Part shown: one piece after another, positions 36,946 through 48,527 of the stretch | Layout: the number at the start of each line of letters is the position of its first letter | How positions within the stretch are numbered: position 1 is the first letter of the stretch | Translations under genes and position numbers: made by a program | Source of the DNA: an uncultured Dehalococcoidia bacterium | GTDB taxonomy: Bacteria > Chloroflexota > Dehalococcoidia > SZUA-161 | Assembly: GCA_964574685.1 (NCBI GenBank) | Contig: CAZNOI010000005.1 | Location: 69,875-133,874, forward strand | Direction: 5' to 3' | DNA length: 64,000 bases | The notes under the pieces: generated by a model | What the model saw: the letters and a program-made list of their open reading frames with translations, nothing else | Told to the model about the DNA's origin: nothing | Databases searched by the model: none

Positions 36946-38409
36946 ATGGGCAAGAGAATCACCATCAATCCGATAACGAGGCTCGAGGGCCACGGCAAGA
37001 TCGAGGTCTTTCTCGACGACACCGGCAACGTGGAGGATGCGTACTGGCAGGTCGTCGAGCTGAGGGGTTTTGAGAGGTTCTGCGTCGGCAGACCGGCGGA
37101 GGAAATGCCACGGATAACGCCGAACATATGCGGTGTCTGTCCGACGCCGCATAACATGGCGTCGACCAAGGCGCTTGATGACCTCTACAGCGTCGAGCCG
37201 ACACCCGCGGCGAAGCTGGTGCGCAAGCTCCACTACGATGCCTTCTACATCGAGGACCACTACATCCACTTCTTCTTCCTCTCGGCTCCTGACTTCGTTT
37301 TGGGCCCGGACGCCGACCCTGCCGAGCGAAACATCCTCGGCGTCATCGGAAAGGTAGGGCTGGATATCGGCAAGAAGGTAATCGATATCCGGAAGAGGAA
37401 CAGGGACGTCATCAAGCTGATCGGGAGCAAGCCCCCGCATCCCGAAGGTGGTCTTCCCGGCGGCGTCCCGAGGGGCGTCACCGAGGAAGAGCGGAAATGG
37501 ATCAAGCAACTGGCCGATGACAACGTCGAGTTCGCCCAGTTCGCCCTCAAGCTGTTCAAGGACACCGTCGTTGCGAACAAGCAGTACCTCGACCTCGTAC
37601 TCAGCGATGCCTACAACCTCAAGACCTACTACATGGGGCTGGTCGACGACAGCAAGAAGTGGGCGATCTACGAGGGCAAGATCAGGGTCATCGATCCCCA
37701 GGGCAAGGAGTATGCCCTCTTCGACCCGCGCGAATACACCGACTACATCGGCGAGTGGGTCGAGCCCTGGACCTACATCCGGCTGACCCATCTCAGGAAG
37801 CTTGGCTGGCAGGGGCTGGTCGAGGGCGACGGCACGTCGATATACCGCGTGGCGCCACTAGCCAGGCTGAACGTCTGTGAGTCAATGCCCACGCCGCTGG
37901 CCCAGAAGGCGCATGACGAGATGTACGAGGCGCTGGGCGGGAAGCCCGCGCACAATACCCTCGCCTTCCACTGGGCGAGGCTGATAGAGTGTCTGGCCTG
38001 CGCGGAGGAGATGCAGCAGATAGCGGCTGACCCCATGCTGACGAGCAAGGACATCCGCAACATGGATTTGAAGCTGAAGAACGTCGGCATCGGATGTGTG
38101 GAAGCGGCTAGGGGCACGCTGATACACCACTACGAGACCGATGACAGGGGCCTCATCACAAAGGCTAACCTGATCGTCGCCACCCAGCATAATGCGGCGC
38201 CCATCTGCATGTCGGTGAAGAAGGCTGCGATGGGGTTCGTCAAGGGCCCCGAGGTCAAGGAAGGCCTCCTCAACATGGTGGAGATGGCTTTCCGGGCCTA
38301 TGACCCGTGTCTCGCCTGCGCGACGCACTCCCTGCCCGGCAAGATGCCCCTTGAGATCAATATCAGGGACAAGAGCGGGCAGGTCATAACGAGCGTCGAG
38401 CGACACTAG
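36946..38409 (+). CDS. mvhA: [NiFe]-hydrogenase large subunit (MvhA-like, group 3)
   Basis: 487 aa. N-terminal RLEGHG...NICGVCPTPH. C-terminal DPCLACATH, followed by a cleavable extension. Confidence 0.9.
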   Translation: MGKRITINPITRLEGHGKIEVFLDDTGNVEDAYWQVVELRGFERFCVGRPAEEMPRITPNICGVCPTPHNMASTKALDDLYSVEPTPAAKLVRKLHYDAFYIEDHYIHFFFLSAPDFVLGPDADPAERNILGVIGKVGLDIGKKVIDIRKRNRDVIKLIGSKPPHPEGGLPGGVPRGVTEEERKWIKQLADDNVEFAQFALKLFKDTVVANKQYLDLVLSDAYNLKTYYMGLVDDSKKWAIYEGKIRVIDPQGKEYALFDPREYTDYIGEWVEPWTYIRLTHLRKLGWQGLVEGDGTSIYRVAPLARLNVCESMPTPLAQKAHDEMYEALGGKPAHNTLAFHWARLIECLACAEEMQQIAADPMLTSKDIRNMDLKLKNVGIGCVEAARGTLIHHYETDDRGLITKANLIVATQHNAAPICMSVKKAAMGFVKGPEVKEGLLNMVEMAFRAYDPCLACATHSLPGKMPLEINIRDKSGQVITSVERH

Positions 38410-38433
38410 GGCCTGTTCGATAGCGGACAAGAG

Positions 38434-38457
38434 AAGGCGGGCCGAGAGGCCCGCCTT
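38434..38457. terminator. perfect GC hairpin between convergent mvhA and the PP2C gene (bidirectional terminator candidate)
   Basis: AAGGCGGGCC-gaga-GGCCCGCCTT is a 10-bp stem, 25 nt after the mvhA stop. Confidence 0.55.
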
Positions 38458-38481
38458 TGCATTCCTGGACGTAGCGGCTTC

Positions 38482-39237
38482 CTAGCCCGACTGCACCCGC
38501 CTCGCCAGTATGACCGTGATGTTGTCGGGCCCGCCCTTTTCGTTAGCCATATCGACCAGCTTCGAGCACGCTGATTCCAGACTCTCAGCGCCGACTACCG
38601 CCTCGAAGATCTCGCTGTCTCTGAGGGCGTCGGTCAGCCCGTCGGAGCATAGAAGCAGCGTGTTCTCCCCGATGTCGACATCGTAGATGTCGGCTGAGAC
38701 CGATTCCTCCAGCCCCAGCGTGCGAGTCACGATGTTCTTCTGTGGATGGTCGAACGCCTGCTCTGTGGTTATGGCGCCACTGTCCACATACTCCTGCACC
38801 AGGGAGTGGTCACGGGTCAACTGAGTGATGTCCCTGCCGATCAGATACGCTCTGCTGTCGCCAACGTTGGCGACAAGGGCATCCCTGCCGTCGCACAGCA
38901 GGGCTGCCACGAGCGTACTGCCCATGCCGAAGTAAGAAGGGTTCTCACTTGAGAGAAGTAGTATCTCCCTGTTGGCCCTGCACGTCGCGTCTGTGAGTAC
39001 CTGACGCTCTCGCTTCGACGTGATGTTCGCTTTGACGTATTGCTCGAGTTCGGTAGTGGCGAGCCTGCTGGCAACCTCACCGGCCGCGTGACCACCCAGC
39101 CCGTCGGCCACCGCCAGCAACTCGCACCCTTTGACCGTCGTCACAAGCAGGCTGTCCTCGTTGCGGGACCTCATCCTGCCAACGTCGGTGCGCGAGCATA
39201 TCTCGAAAGCCATCCCGGAAGCGCCTCGCTGCGTCAC
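38482..39237 (-). CDS. PP2C-family Ser/Thr protein phosphatase
   Basis: 251 aa. Motifs RTDVGRMRSRNEDS and LLAVADGLGGHAAGEVAS, with the C-terminal Asp metal ligands. The true start may be the internal MAFEI. Confidence 0.8.
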   Translation of the reverse strand: MTQRGASGMAFEICSRTDVGRMRSRNEDSLLVTTVKGCELLAVADGLGGHAAGEVASRLATTELEQYVKANITSKRERQVLTDATCRANREILLLSSENPSYFGMGSTLVAALLCDGRDALVANVGDSRAYLIGRDITQLTRDHSLVQEYVDSGAITTEQAFDHPQKNIVTRTLGLEESVSADIYDVDIGENTLLLCSDGLTDALRDSEIFEAVVGAESLESACSKLVDMANEKGGPDNITVILARRVQSG

Positions 39238-39317
39238 AAATCTGCAGTCACTGGAGTGGTGTTGACCGGCCAGGCGGAGCTGTGCGAGACCGGAACCGTG
39301 GAGAGCGAGTCAGCATA

Positions 39318-40148
39318 TCACCCACGTTGACTGAGCAGGCTGTTCATGGCGGTGACGAGTTTCTCGCTGTCCTCCTGGCTTATCATCAGGTTGCTCTCCA
39401 ATCGTTGCACGCTCTCCCTCAGGTCCGGTGCATTGGCCAGGAACTGCTCTATGCGCTCGTTCTGCGTTCTGGCCTGTGCATCGAGGTCGGAGAGGTCGAT
39501 GTCGAGTTCGAATCTGCTGTTCAGGAACTCCAGGGCCTTCTTCCAGGCGCTCGGGTCCTCACTGCCCACCATGTAGAAAGGTACCGGCACCCAGAGCCCC
39601 GCTGCGGCCAGGCCGCGCGCCTTGGCCAGCCAGAGCAGGAATGAGTTGAGGGTGGGCCTCTGGCCGTCCGGCGTCTCGTAGTCGATATCCCGTGTGATGC
39701 CGTATTGCTCCAGCATCTCCTTGGCCTCGTCGGAAGCCGCTACAGCGAGAAGCTGCCTGGGTGTGGTGTGCGCGGTCATGGAGACCATGCCGCCCATCGT
39801 ATAGAGCTCCCGGGCGCGAAATTGCCCCGTTAACGCGTCGAGGACTGCGTTCAGGAACTCGTACCAGTTGGAGGCGGGGGCGTCGCTCGTGAAGACCACC
39901 ACTCCCATGTCCGCCGCATAGTAGAACTTGCTTTCGGGGAACTCGGCCACGTCGTCTTCAACGCTGACGCCGCCCAGAGGAAAGAAATCGACCAGCTCGA
40001 TCTCGCCGGCCTCCCTGGCGTCGAGCTTGCCGATAAGCTGGTCGGCGATGCGGCGGCCCATCTTACCGGCGTCGTCAGCCCAGCATGCCACCGCGCATCG
40101 CGCCCCCCCGGGCGCTTCACCTTTCATACGAAGATGCCCGGTGTTCAT
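39318..40148 (-). CDS. PAC2-family protein (proteasome-assembly-chaperone-2-like, PbaA/PbaB-like), paralog 1
   Basis: 276 aa. A paralog of the next gene. It has a glycine-rich N-terminal region and the FP...FYYAA block. The start is uncertain. Confidence 0.55.
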   Translation of the reverse strand: MNTGHLRMKGEAPGGARCAVACWADDAGKMGRRIADQLIGKLDAREAGEIELVDFFPLGGVSVEDDVAEFPESKFYYAADMGVVVFTSDAPASNWYEFLNAVLDALTGQFRARELYTMGGMVSMTAHTTPRQLLAVAASDEAKEMLEQYGITRDIDYETPDGQRPTLNSFLLWLAKARGLAAAGLWVPVPFYMVGSEDPSAWKKALEFLNSRFELDIDLSDLDAQARTQNERIEQFLANAPDLRESVQRLESNLMISQEDSEKLVTAMNSLLSQRG

Positions 40149-40151
40149 CGA

Positions 40152-41069
40152 CTAGTCTTCCCTGTCCTCTCTCCTGAACATCTTGTCGATATCGTCCATG
40201 ATCCGCTTCTTGTCTTCCTCGGTAATCGGCCCCGGCTCGGGAGTCTCAGCCTCGCGGAGCTTCTCGATCTGCTCCTTTATCTGGTCCGGGAACACGTTGT
40301 ACAGCTTCTCGATCTCCATCTCGCTGGCCTCGACGATAGTCGATATGCCGGACATGTCAATGTCCAGCGACAGTATCCGGGACAGCGCCTCGACGACCGA
40401 TCTGGACGCCTTGGGGTATGGGAAAGGCAGGCCCTGCAGGTATATCGGTATCTCGCCCATAAGGCATACGGCATCCATGGATCGCTTCCTTGCCACGCCG
40501 AGGAGGAGGCCGTTAAGTCCGGTGATGCTTCCCTGACCGTCCCTGCCTTCGATATCGGACATGAGGATGGTGTTCTCCCAAGCCTTCACCTCCTCCACCA
40601 GCGATTCGCTGTTCGGCACGGCCCATATCTTGGGCGTCGCCGTGTGATGGATGGCGGCTACCGCCGCTCCGGAGGTGTAAATCCTGCGGCATCCGAAGCG
40701 TTCGGCCACATCCAGCACCAGATTGGCCATTATGTACGCCTTCTCCCCGGCGGCATAGTGCCTGCCGCCGGCGCTGGGCTGCTCCTCGCCCAGGAACATA
40801 ATCAGGTCCCTGTTGTTGAGCTTCTTGTAGTAGAACCTGCTGGAAGGGAAGTCGAGGTGATCGAGCACGCCCTGCCTGATGTAGACCTTGCTGGGATAGA
40901 AGAAGCCCTTTGGATCGATCTCGCCCAGCTCCTCGGCGTCGAGGGCCGACCTGAGCGTGTCGACCGCGATAGTGCCGATGCTGCCTATGCCGGGCCAACT
41001 CGCGATGAGCACCGGCTCCCGGAGTTCCGGCGATGCGTACAGCGTTACCCCTGTCAGTTCTTCCTGCAT
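40152..41069 (-). CDS. PAC2-family protein, paralog 2
   Basis: 305 aa. VLIASWPGIGSIGTIAVDTL...FFYPSKVY...SSRFYY matches the archaeal PbaB-type N-terminus L.G.PGIG.VG. It ends in an acidic tail. Confidence 0.65.
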   Translation of the reverse strand: MQEELTGVTLYASPELREPVLIASWPGIGSIGTIAVDTLRSALDAEELGEIDPKGFFYPSKVYIRQGVLDHLDFPSSRFYYKKLNNRDLIMFLGEEQPSAGGRHYAAGEKAYIMANLVLDVAERFGCRRIYTSGAAVAAIHHTATPKIWAVPNSESLVEEVKAWENTILMSDIEGRDGQGSITGLNGLLLGVARKRSMDAVCLMGEIPIYLQGLPFPYPKASRSVVEALSRILSLDIDMSGISTIVEASEMEIEKLYNVFPDQIKEQIEKLREAETPEPGPITEEDKKRIMDDIDKMFRREDRED

Positions 41070-41128
41070 AAGCGAGACTCTTCCGGTGGGGGATATGCCG
41101 GAGATCGCCTATATTCTAAGCGCATGGG

Positions 41129-41151
41129 GTAGCGGATGTCTAATCCGCTAC
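41129..41151. terminator. hairpin 3' of the response-regulator gene
   Basis: GTAGCGGAT-gtcta-ATCCGCTAC is a 9-bp perfect stem, 40 nt downstream of the RR stop in the minus sense. Confidence 0.35.
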
Positions 41152-41191
41152 GAGTGTGGCGACGGAGACATACAGCCTAATCCGGCAGGTT

Positions 41192-41890
41192 CTAAGGTAG
41201 CTCCTTGAACCGGTATCCCAGACCACGTTCGCTGAGGATGTACTCGGGGTTCCTGGGGTCCTTCTCGATCTTCTGCCTCAGGTAGGTGACGTACAGTCGC
41301 ACGTAGTGGTCCTCGTCCCTGTACTCGGGCCCCCACACCTTGGATAGCAGGGTACCGTGCGTGAGCAGCTTCCCGGCGTTGGACACAAGATGCTTCAGCA
41401 GCCTGTACTCGGTCGGCCTCAGCTTGAACTCCCGGCCTCCGGCCATCACTTTGCGCTGCTCGAAGTCAATGTGCAGGTAGTCATCGACGTCGATAACCGA
41501 CCGCTCCGCCGGCACCGACACTCTTGCCCGCCTAAGCACGGCCTTGATTCTGGAGACCAGCTCCCTCGGGCTGAACGGCTTGGTCAGGTAGTCGTCGGCG
41601 CCGAGGTCAAGTCCCTTGACGCGGTCCTCCTCCTCGCTCTTCACGCTAAGGAAGATGACCGGCACCGGCGATGACTGACGTATCTTCTCCAGCGTCTCGT
41701 AGCCGTCCATTTCGGGCATCATGATGTCCAGCACGACCAAGTCGGGTGATTCCTTCACCACGGTCTCCACCGCTTCCTGCCCGCTCGAAGCTTCGAGGAC
41801 GCGGAAGCCCTCCAGCTCCAGATTCATGGCGATGAAGCGCACCATTCTCGGCTCGTCATCGACCACCAGTACTGTTGTGTCGGGAGCCAT
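41192..41890 (-). CDS. OmpR/PhoB-family response regulator
   Basis: 232 aa. Receiver domain (VLVVDDEP...D at LVVLDIMMP) plus a winged-helix domain. Confidence 0.85.
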   Translation of the reverse strand: MAPDTTVLVVDDEPRMVRFIAMNLELEGFRVLEASSGQEAVETVVKESPDLVVLDIMMPEMDGYETLEKIRQSSPVPVIFLSVKSEEEDRVKGLDLGADDYLTKPFSPRELVSRIKAVLRRARVSVPAERSVIDVDDYLHIDFEQRKVMAGGREFKLRPTEYRLLKHLVSNAGKLLTHGTLLSKVWGPEYRDEDHYVRLYVTYLRQKIEKDPRNPEYILSERGLGYRFKELP

Positions 41891-41898
41891 TTCTCCGC

Positions 41899-43539
41899 CT
41901 ATTCCTCTGTCTCTTCGTCGGCTGCAGGCTTCCCGATCGGCAGCGTGAAGGTGAACTGGGAGCCCTTGCCCAGCTCGCTCTCAACCCAGATATCGCCGCC
42001 GTGGGCCTCGATAATGTACTTGCATATGAACAGCCCCAGCCCGATTCCCCTGACAGCCTGGACGGTGTCGCTGTCCACGCGATGGAACCGCTCGAATATG
42101 CTGTCGAGTTCCCTCCTTGGTATCCCGATGCCGGTGTCCGCTACGCCTACGGCGACGGCGCCGTCCCGCGGTGCAGCGATCACGGTTATGACGCCTCCAT
42201 CCGGCGAGTACTTGACGGCGTTGTCGATGAGATTCCCCAGCACCTCCTCCATGAGGTCGGCATCCGCGTTGACGACGGGCGTGTTCCTCTCCACCTGTAC
42301 TGCCAGTTCGTGGCGGTCGCTCAAGCCCTGGAACCGCCGTGCCACCTTGTTCAGCAGGCTCCTGACGTTCAGCGGCTCCCTGTTCGGCGACAGAGTACCG
42401 GACTCGATTCGTGAAGCGAGCAGGAGCCTCTTGACGATCCTGCTTAGCCGGTCGCACTCGTCCTCTATGACCTGCAGGCCCTGCCGCATGGTGGCCTCGT
42501 CCCACTTCCCGTCGCTCCTGGACAGGGTGCTGGTGTAGCCCTTCATGATCGAGATGGGCGTTTGAAGCTGATGACCGAGCATTGACAGGAAGGTGGACCT
42601 CAGGTTCTCGACCTCGCGCTGCCTCGTGATATCGCGGACGTTCACCACCGCGTTGAGAGGCCGTCCGTCAGGGGCCCGCATGATGGAGTAGACCATCTCA
42701 ACATCCACCTGCTGGCCGTCCTTCGTTGCGATAGTGCCCTGAAGATGGACTGTCGGCTGAGGCCTGGCGGGTATCACGCGCATCGGGCAACGCTCGCCGC
42801 ACACCTCGTTCCCGCTCCAATCCCGGAAGTCGAGCACCCTTGAGCAGACTCTGCCTGTCACCTCTTCCCTGGAGTAGCCGGCGAGCTGCTCCATAGCGGA
42901 GTTGAAGCCCGTGATCCGCCGTTCCGAGTCGATGGCCATAATGCCGTCGGCGCTGCCCTCCAGTATGGATTCCAGCCTCTCCTTCTCGGCGGTCATTATG
43001 CCGGCAAGGCGTGCGTTGTGGACCGCTATGGCGGCCTGCTCGGCGAAGACATTCAGAATGGTCTGGTCACCCCTTGCGAAATCGCCGGCGTGAGGAGGGC
43101 GAAGGATGCAGATCAGCCCGACGGAGGTGCTGCCTACGCGGAGGGGGACGGCAATGATGGCATCCTGCGTATCTCCGGACTCCGAGGTCGGCAGAGGTGC
43201 CCCGGCTTGGAGACGGGACAGCGAGTCAAAGCTCTCGCTGCTGGCCGCGAGGTCGGGAATGGCCTCCTGCAGCAGGGGCCTGATGCGTTCCAGGGATTCC
43301 TCGCTGAGGTCGTAAGTCGCAGTTATCTCGAAGCTGCGCTTCAGGTTCTCCCAGGTCGCGACTATACCTGTGGTACCGCTTGTCGCACGTGCCGCGTTCC
43401 TCAGTATGAGGTCCAGGGCTACGCGCAGGTCGTAGCGCTCGAAGGATGGCTCGCCTTTACTCAACTCGCTTCGCTGGCTCCGTGTCGTCGAACCGATTTC
43501 TAATGCAATTCTAGCATTTCTCAAGTGTTCTTCTAACAC
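41899..43539 (-). CDS. sensor histidine kinase (GAF + PAS + HisKA + HATPase_c)
   Basis: H-box [16 protein letters not shown]1 and G2 boxes (DNAVKYS, GIGLGL). The 5' end is uncertain. The track start is a GTG inside an AT-rich stretch only 57 nt from groES. Confidence 0.8.
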   Translation of the reverse strand: MLEEHLRNARIALEIGSTTRSQRSELSKGEPSFERYDLRVALDLILRNAARATSGTTGIVATWENLKRSFEITATYDLSEESLERIRPLLQEAIPDLAASSESFDSLSRLQAGAPLPTSESGDTQDAIIAVPLRVGSTSVGLICILRPPHAGDFARGDQTILNVFAEQAAIAVHNARLAGIMTAEKERLESILEGSADGIMAIDSERRITGFNSAMEQLAGYSREEVTGRVCSRVLDFRDWSGNEVCGERCPMRVIPARPQPTVHLQGTIATKDGQQVDVEMVYSIMRAPDGRPLNAVVNVRDITRQREVENLRSTFLSMLGHQLQTPISIMKGYTSTLSRSDGKWDEATMRQGLQVIEDECDRLSRIVKRLLLASRIESGTLSPNREPLNVRSLLNKVARRFQGLSDRHELAVQVERNTPVVNADADLMEEVLGNLIDNAVKYSPDGGVITVIAAPRDGAVAVGVADTGIGIPRRELDSIFERFHRVDSDTVQAVRGIGLGLFICKYIIEAHGGDIWVESELGKGSQFTFTLPIGKPAADEETEE

Positions 43540-43596
43540 AAGGTTGCGTACATTTCAATCTGGGATAGTTGCCCGAAGAAACTCAGGAGGAGCCAG

Positions 43597-43902
43597 ATGG
43601 CAAAGGCCAAAGCCGCCGTGAAGCTGCAACCGCTCGGTGACCGGATAGTGGTCCGGGCCATCGAGAAGGAGGAGGTCACCAAGGGGGGCATAGTGCTGCC
43701 GGATACGGCCAAGGAGAAGCCGCAGGAGGGCGAGGTGCTGGCCGTGGGGCCGGGCAAGCTCACCGACGAGGGGAAGAGGCTCGAGATGGAAGTCAAGGTG
43801 GGCGATAAGGTCATATATGCGAAGTACGCCGGTACAGAAGTCAAGATCGATGATGAGGAGTATCTGATTCTGAGAGAGAGCGACATCCTGGCCAAGAGCT
43901 AG
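43597..43902 (+). CDS. groES: co-chaperonin GroES
   Basis: 101 aa. [10 protein letters not shown]...[23 protein letters not shown]. Confidence 0.95.
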   Translation: MAKAKAAVKLQPLGDRIVVRAIEKEEVTKGGIVLPDTAKEKPQEGEVLAVGPGKLTDEGKRLEMEVKVGDKVIYAKYAGTEVKIDDEEYLILRESDILAKS

Positions 43903-43927
43903 GCTCAGATATCAGTACAGGAGGTAA

Positions 43928-45553
<1,626 letters not shown>

Positions 45554-45562
45554 GGGGCAAAG

Positions 45563-45742
45563 GTGGACCGCAAGCGCTGCCCCAGGTGCGGGGGAAGGGT
45601 TCTGTTGAACAGGGACTACCACGGATGGTATGAGGAGTGTCTCCAGTGTGGTCACATGCACGACCTGAAGGTGCTGGCAAGACCTCGGCATAGTGCCGTA
45701 GAGAGGAAGAGAGAAGTCCGTAGCGCCGGCATCGGGAGCTAG
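45563..45742 (+). CDS. small zinc-ribbon protein (59 aa; below the track's length cutoff)
   Basis: GTG start 9 nt after the groEL stop, preceded by AGGGGG. Translation VDRKRCPRCGGRVLLNRDYHGWYEECLQCGHMHDLKVLARPRH... carries two CxxC pairs. Confidence 0.4.
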   Translation: MDRKRCPRCGGRVLLNRDYHGWYEECLQCGHMHDLKVLARPRHSAVERKREVRSAGIGS

Positions 45743-45772
45743 GCTCTCAAAAACCGTGACAGGAGGTGCGAG

Positions 45773-46240
45773 ATGACAATGATGCGCTGGGAACCGTTCA
45801 GGGACATGATGAGCCTCAGGAACGCGATGGACAGGCTGTTTGACGAGAGCTACGTGAGGCCTGCAAGGGTCTGGGGCGAGGAGGGAGCCGCGCCGCTGCC
45901 TCTCGATGTCTACCAGACGGACGGAGAGATAGTGGTGAAGGCAACCGTTCCGGGAGTCAAGCCAGACGAGGTGGATATCACGATTACCGGTGATACCCTG
46001 ACCATCAAGGGAGAGCACAAGGAAGAGCAGGAAGTGAAGGAAGAGAACTACATCCGCAAGGAGCGGCGCTACGGGACCTTTGCGCGGAGCATGATCATAC
46101 CCGTCTCCGTGCAGAGCGACAAGGCCGAAGCCGCCTTCGAGAACGGCGTCCTGACCCTCACGCTGCCGAAGGCCGAGGAGATCAAGCCCAAGCAGATAAA
46201 GGTCCAGCCCAAGGCTCAAATCGAAGGCCAGAAGAAGTGA
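45773..46240 (+). CDS. Hsp20/alpha-crystallin small heat-shock protein
   Basis: 155 aa. Alpha-crystallin domain (DVYQTDGEIVVKATVPGVKPDEVDITI...GVLTLTLPK). Confidence 0.9.
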   Translation: MTMMRWEPFRDMMSLRNAMDRLFDESYVRPARVWGEEGAAPLPLDVYQTDGEIVVKATVPGVKPDEVDITITGDTLTIKGEHKEEQEVKEENYIRKERRYGTFARSMIIPVSVQSDKAEAAFENGVLTLTLPKAEEIKPKQIKVQPKAQIEGQKK

Positions 46241-46258
46241 GCACGTAGAGGTCTGCAC

Positions 46259-46312
46259 GGCGGTCGGGGGCGACGATGAGGGGGGAGGCATGTGGGTCGC
46301 CCGCCGACCGCC
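46259..46312. terminator. long imperfect GC hairpin downstream of hsp20
   Basis: GGCGGTCGGGGGCGAC, about 20 nt of loop, then GTCGCCCGCCGACCGCC. This is a 15-16-bp stem. Confidence 0.4.
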
Positions 46313-46560
46313 CGCCAGCTCTTTGGGGCGGGGCTTCGGATCGAGATGCTGCGGGATGACAATGGAGGGACAGGGGAAGAGGAGATGCGTTCCGGGACCA
46401 CAGGACGACCGGTGGGAAGGGTGCACAAGCTGTCGTATGTGCTTCCCTCAGGTCGTCTGCTAAAGGTCCACCTGGGAGAGGACGACGGGATCAGATGCAT
46501 GTCCGCGTTGTGTCACCTGGGGCTCGATCTCTACGCTGCCGGAGCGGAAGACAGGAGTGA

Positions 46561-46842
46561 GTGATGCCGCTGTATGATTATGAGTGTGTGAAGTGTGGCC
46601 ATGGGTTCGAGCTGCGAAAGAGCTTCGATGAGAGCCCGGAGGCCGCCTGTCCCAGATGCGAGGGTGAGACCAGGCGCCTCTTCTCGCCGGTGCCCATAGT
46701 CTTCAAGGGCTCGGGCTTCTATGTAACTGACTCGCGACGCAATGGGAATGGCAAGGGCCGGGGCGAGAGCATCCCCGGGGAGGACTCGGGCACGCAGAAG
46801 GAGACGTCCTCGGCTTCGGAGAAGGAGTCCACGGCGGCCTGA
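46561..46842 (+). CDS. FmdB-family zinc-ribbon protein
   Basis: 93 aa. MPLYDYECVKCGHGFE...CPRCEG is the FmdB/TIGR02605 type, with a Gly/Ser-rich tail. Confidence 0.75.
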   Translation: MMPLYDYECVKCGHGFELRKSFDESPEAACPRCEGETRRLFSPVPIVFKGSGFYVTDSRRNGNGKGRGESIPGEDSGTQKETSSASEKESTAA

Positions 46843-46973
46843 GCCGCTAAGTGAGAGGCACCCATGATGCCCGGCAGGCGGGCCCTAACAGCCTGCAAAC
46901 GATGGAAGGGGCAGGTTGAACTGCCCCTCTTGCTGTCCGGCGGTCGAGCCCCTTAGACTAGTCAGGAACGGAG

Positions 46974-48077
46974 ATGGCGAAGAGAGATTACTACGAGGTC
47001 CTCCAGGTCGAGCGGAGCGTTGATGCTGCCGCAATCAAGCGTGCTTACCGCAACCTCGCGATGCAGTACCATCCGGACCGCAATCCGGATGACGCTGAGG
47101 CTGCTGAGAAGATGAAGGAGGTCAACGAGGCCTACGCTGTGCTTAGCGACCCGAAGAAGCGGAGGCTCTACGACACGTACGGACATGCCGGACTGGAGGG
47201 GTTATCTCAGGAGGACATCTTTGGGGGTGTGGATTTCGCCGGCATCTTTCGCGAGTTCGGCCTTGGGGACATCTTCGGGTTCGGTAGCGGAGGTGGCGGC
47301 ATATTCGACGGCCTCTTCGGGCGACGCGGTGGCGCGAGACGCGGTCCCACGAAGGGGGCTGATCTCAGGTATAACCTGTCGCTGACGCTGGAGGAGGCGG
47401 CCTCCGGCGTCGAGAGGACCATCGAACTGCCCAGAGCGGCGGCCTGTCTGGCCTGCGGCGGCAAGGGTGCAACGGCGGATAACCTTGAGACCTGCGCGAC
47501 GTGCGGCGGGTCCGGACAGATCGTCAGGGAGCAGCGCTCGGGCAACACGGTGATGCGCCAGATTACCGTATGCGGCGACTGCCGGGGCAGGGGTCAGACA
47601 GTCAAGGAGCCCTGTCCCGAATGCGAGGGCGAGGGATACGTCGAGCACGTCGAGGAGATGAAGGTCACGGTCCCGCCCGGTGCCGATACCGGGTTCCATG
47701 TGAGGATCGAGGGCGCGGGTGAGAAGCAGGGAGACCTTCCCGGCGATCTCTACGTGGTGGTGAATGTGGAGAGGCACCCCGTCTTCGAGAGGCACGGCGA
47801 CGACCTGTACCTGCAGCACGATATCGAGTTAACCACGGCGGCGCTCGGCGGTGAGATCGAGGTGCCCGGCCTCGACGGCGGCCTGACGCTGGAGATACCG
47901 GAGGGCACCCAGACGGGGAGCGTGTTAAGGATCGCGGAGGAGGGAATGCCGCGTCTCAACGGCTACGGCAGGGGCGACGAGTACGTCGTGGTCAGGGTGA
48001 CCACGCCTACGAACCTCAACCGCAAGGAGAAGCAGCTACTCAAGGAGTTCGAGAAGCTGCGCCGCAAGGAGCCGTAG
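46974..48077 (+). CDS. dnaJ: molecular chaperone DnaJ
   Basis: 367 aa. J-domain with HPD. G/F-rich region. Four CxxCxGxG repeats. Confidence 0.9.
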   Translation: MAKRDYYEVLQVERSVDAAAIKRAYRNLAMQYHPDRNPDDAEAAEKMKEVNEAYAVLSDPKKRRLYDTYGHAGLEGLSQEDIFGGVDFAGIFREFGLGDIFGFGSGGGGIFDGLFGRRGGARRGPTKGADLRYNLSLTLEEAASGVERTIELPRAAACLACGGKGATADNLETCATCGGSGQIVREQRSGNTVMRQITVCGDCRGRGQTVKEPCPECEGEGYVEHVEEMKVTVPPGADTGFHVRIEGAGEKQGDLPGDLYVVVNVERHPVFERHGDDLYLQHDIELTTAALGGEIEVPGLDGGLTLEIPEGTQTGSVLRIAEEGMPRLNGYGRGDEYVVVRVTTPTNLNRKEKQLLKEFEKLRRKEP

Positions 48078-48527
48078 GGCGGCCGGGGAGCACGGGGGCA
48101 TCCGCTCCCGCGTCGCTGCAGCCGGCAGGGTGCATGGATCGCAGCGGGATGCACCACGGCCCAAGCGGGGCAGTCAGCCTCGAATGATTGACGTTGGGGT
48201 AGGGCACATGTAGGGGCGCATGGCACTGCCGCGTTCGGCTTCATATCGAAACGCAAGGATACCCTGTGCTAACATGTCTCAGCGCGCCGTCGGACAACGG
48301 GACTGTGGTCAAGCTCACCCGCAAGTATCAGGAGGAAGATCTCCCTAGGGCTGGGCCAGACAGTGAGAAGCAAGGAGGAGATCCTGAGTTGGTGAGCGCC
48401 AAAGACGAGTGCGACCGTGAAAGCGGCATTTCTGTATTGTGTGACTGCACGGCTGATAGGTACTATGTCCTGCTCTCCCTAGAACCTGACTGGAGAGACA
48501 GGCTCACTCCTTGGTAGGGAGGAGTCC

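Noticed and set aside
43500-43596. Searched for CIRCE (HrcA) and HAIR (HspR) operators upstream of groES
   Set aside because: Only a 5-bp AATGC/GCATT inverted repeat and a partial TCTCAAG were found. Neither consensus is present.
46292-46564. 90-aa plus-strand ORF between hsp20 and the FmdB gene
   Set aside because: It overlaps the long GC hairpin and the FmdB start. Gly/Arg-rich with no motifs. More likely part of a structured non-coding spacer.
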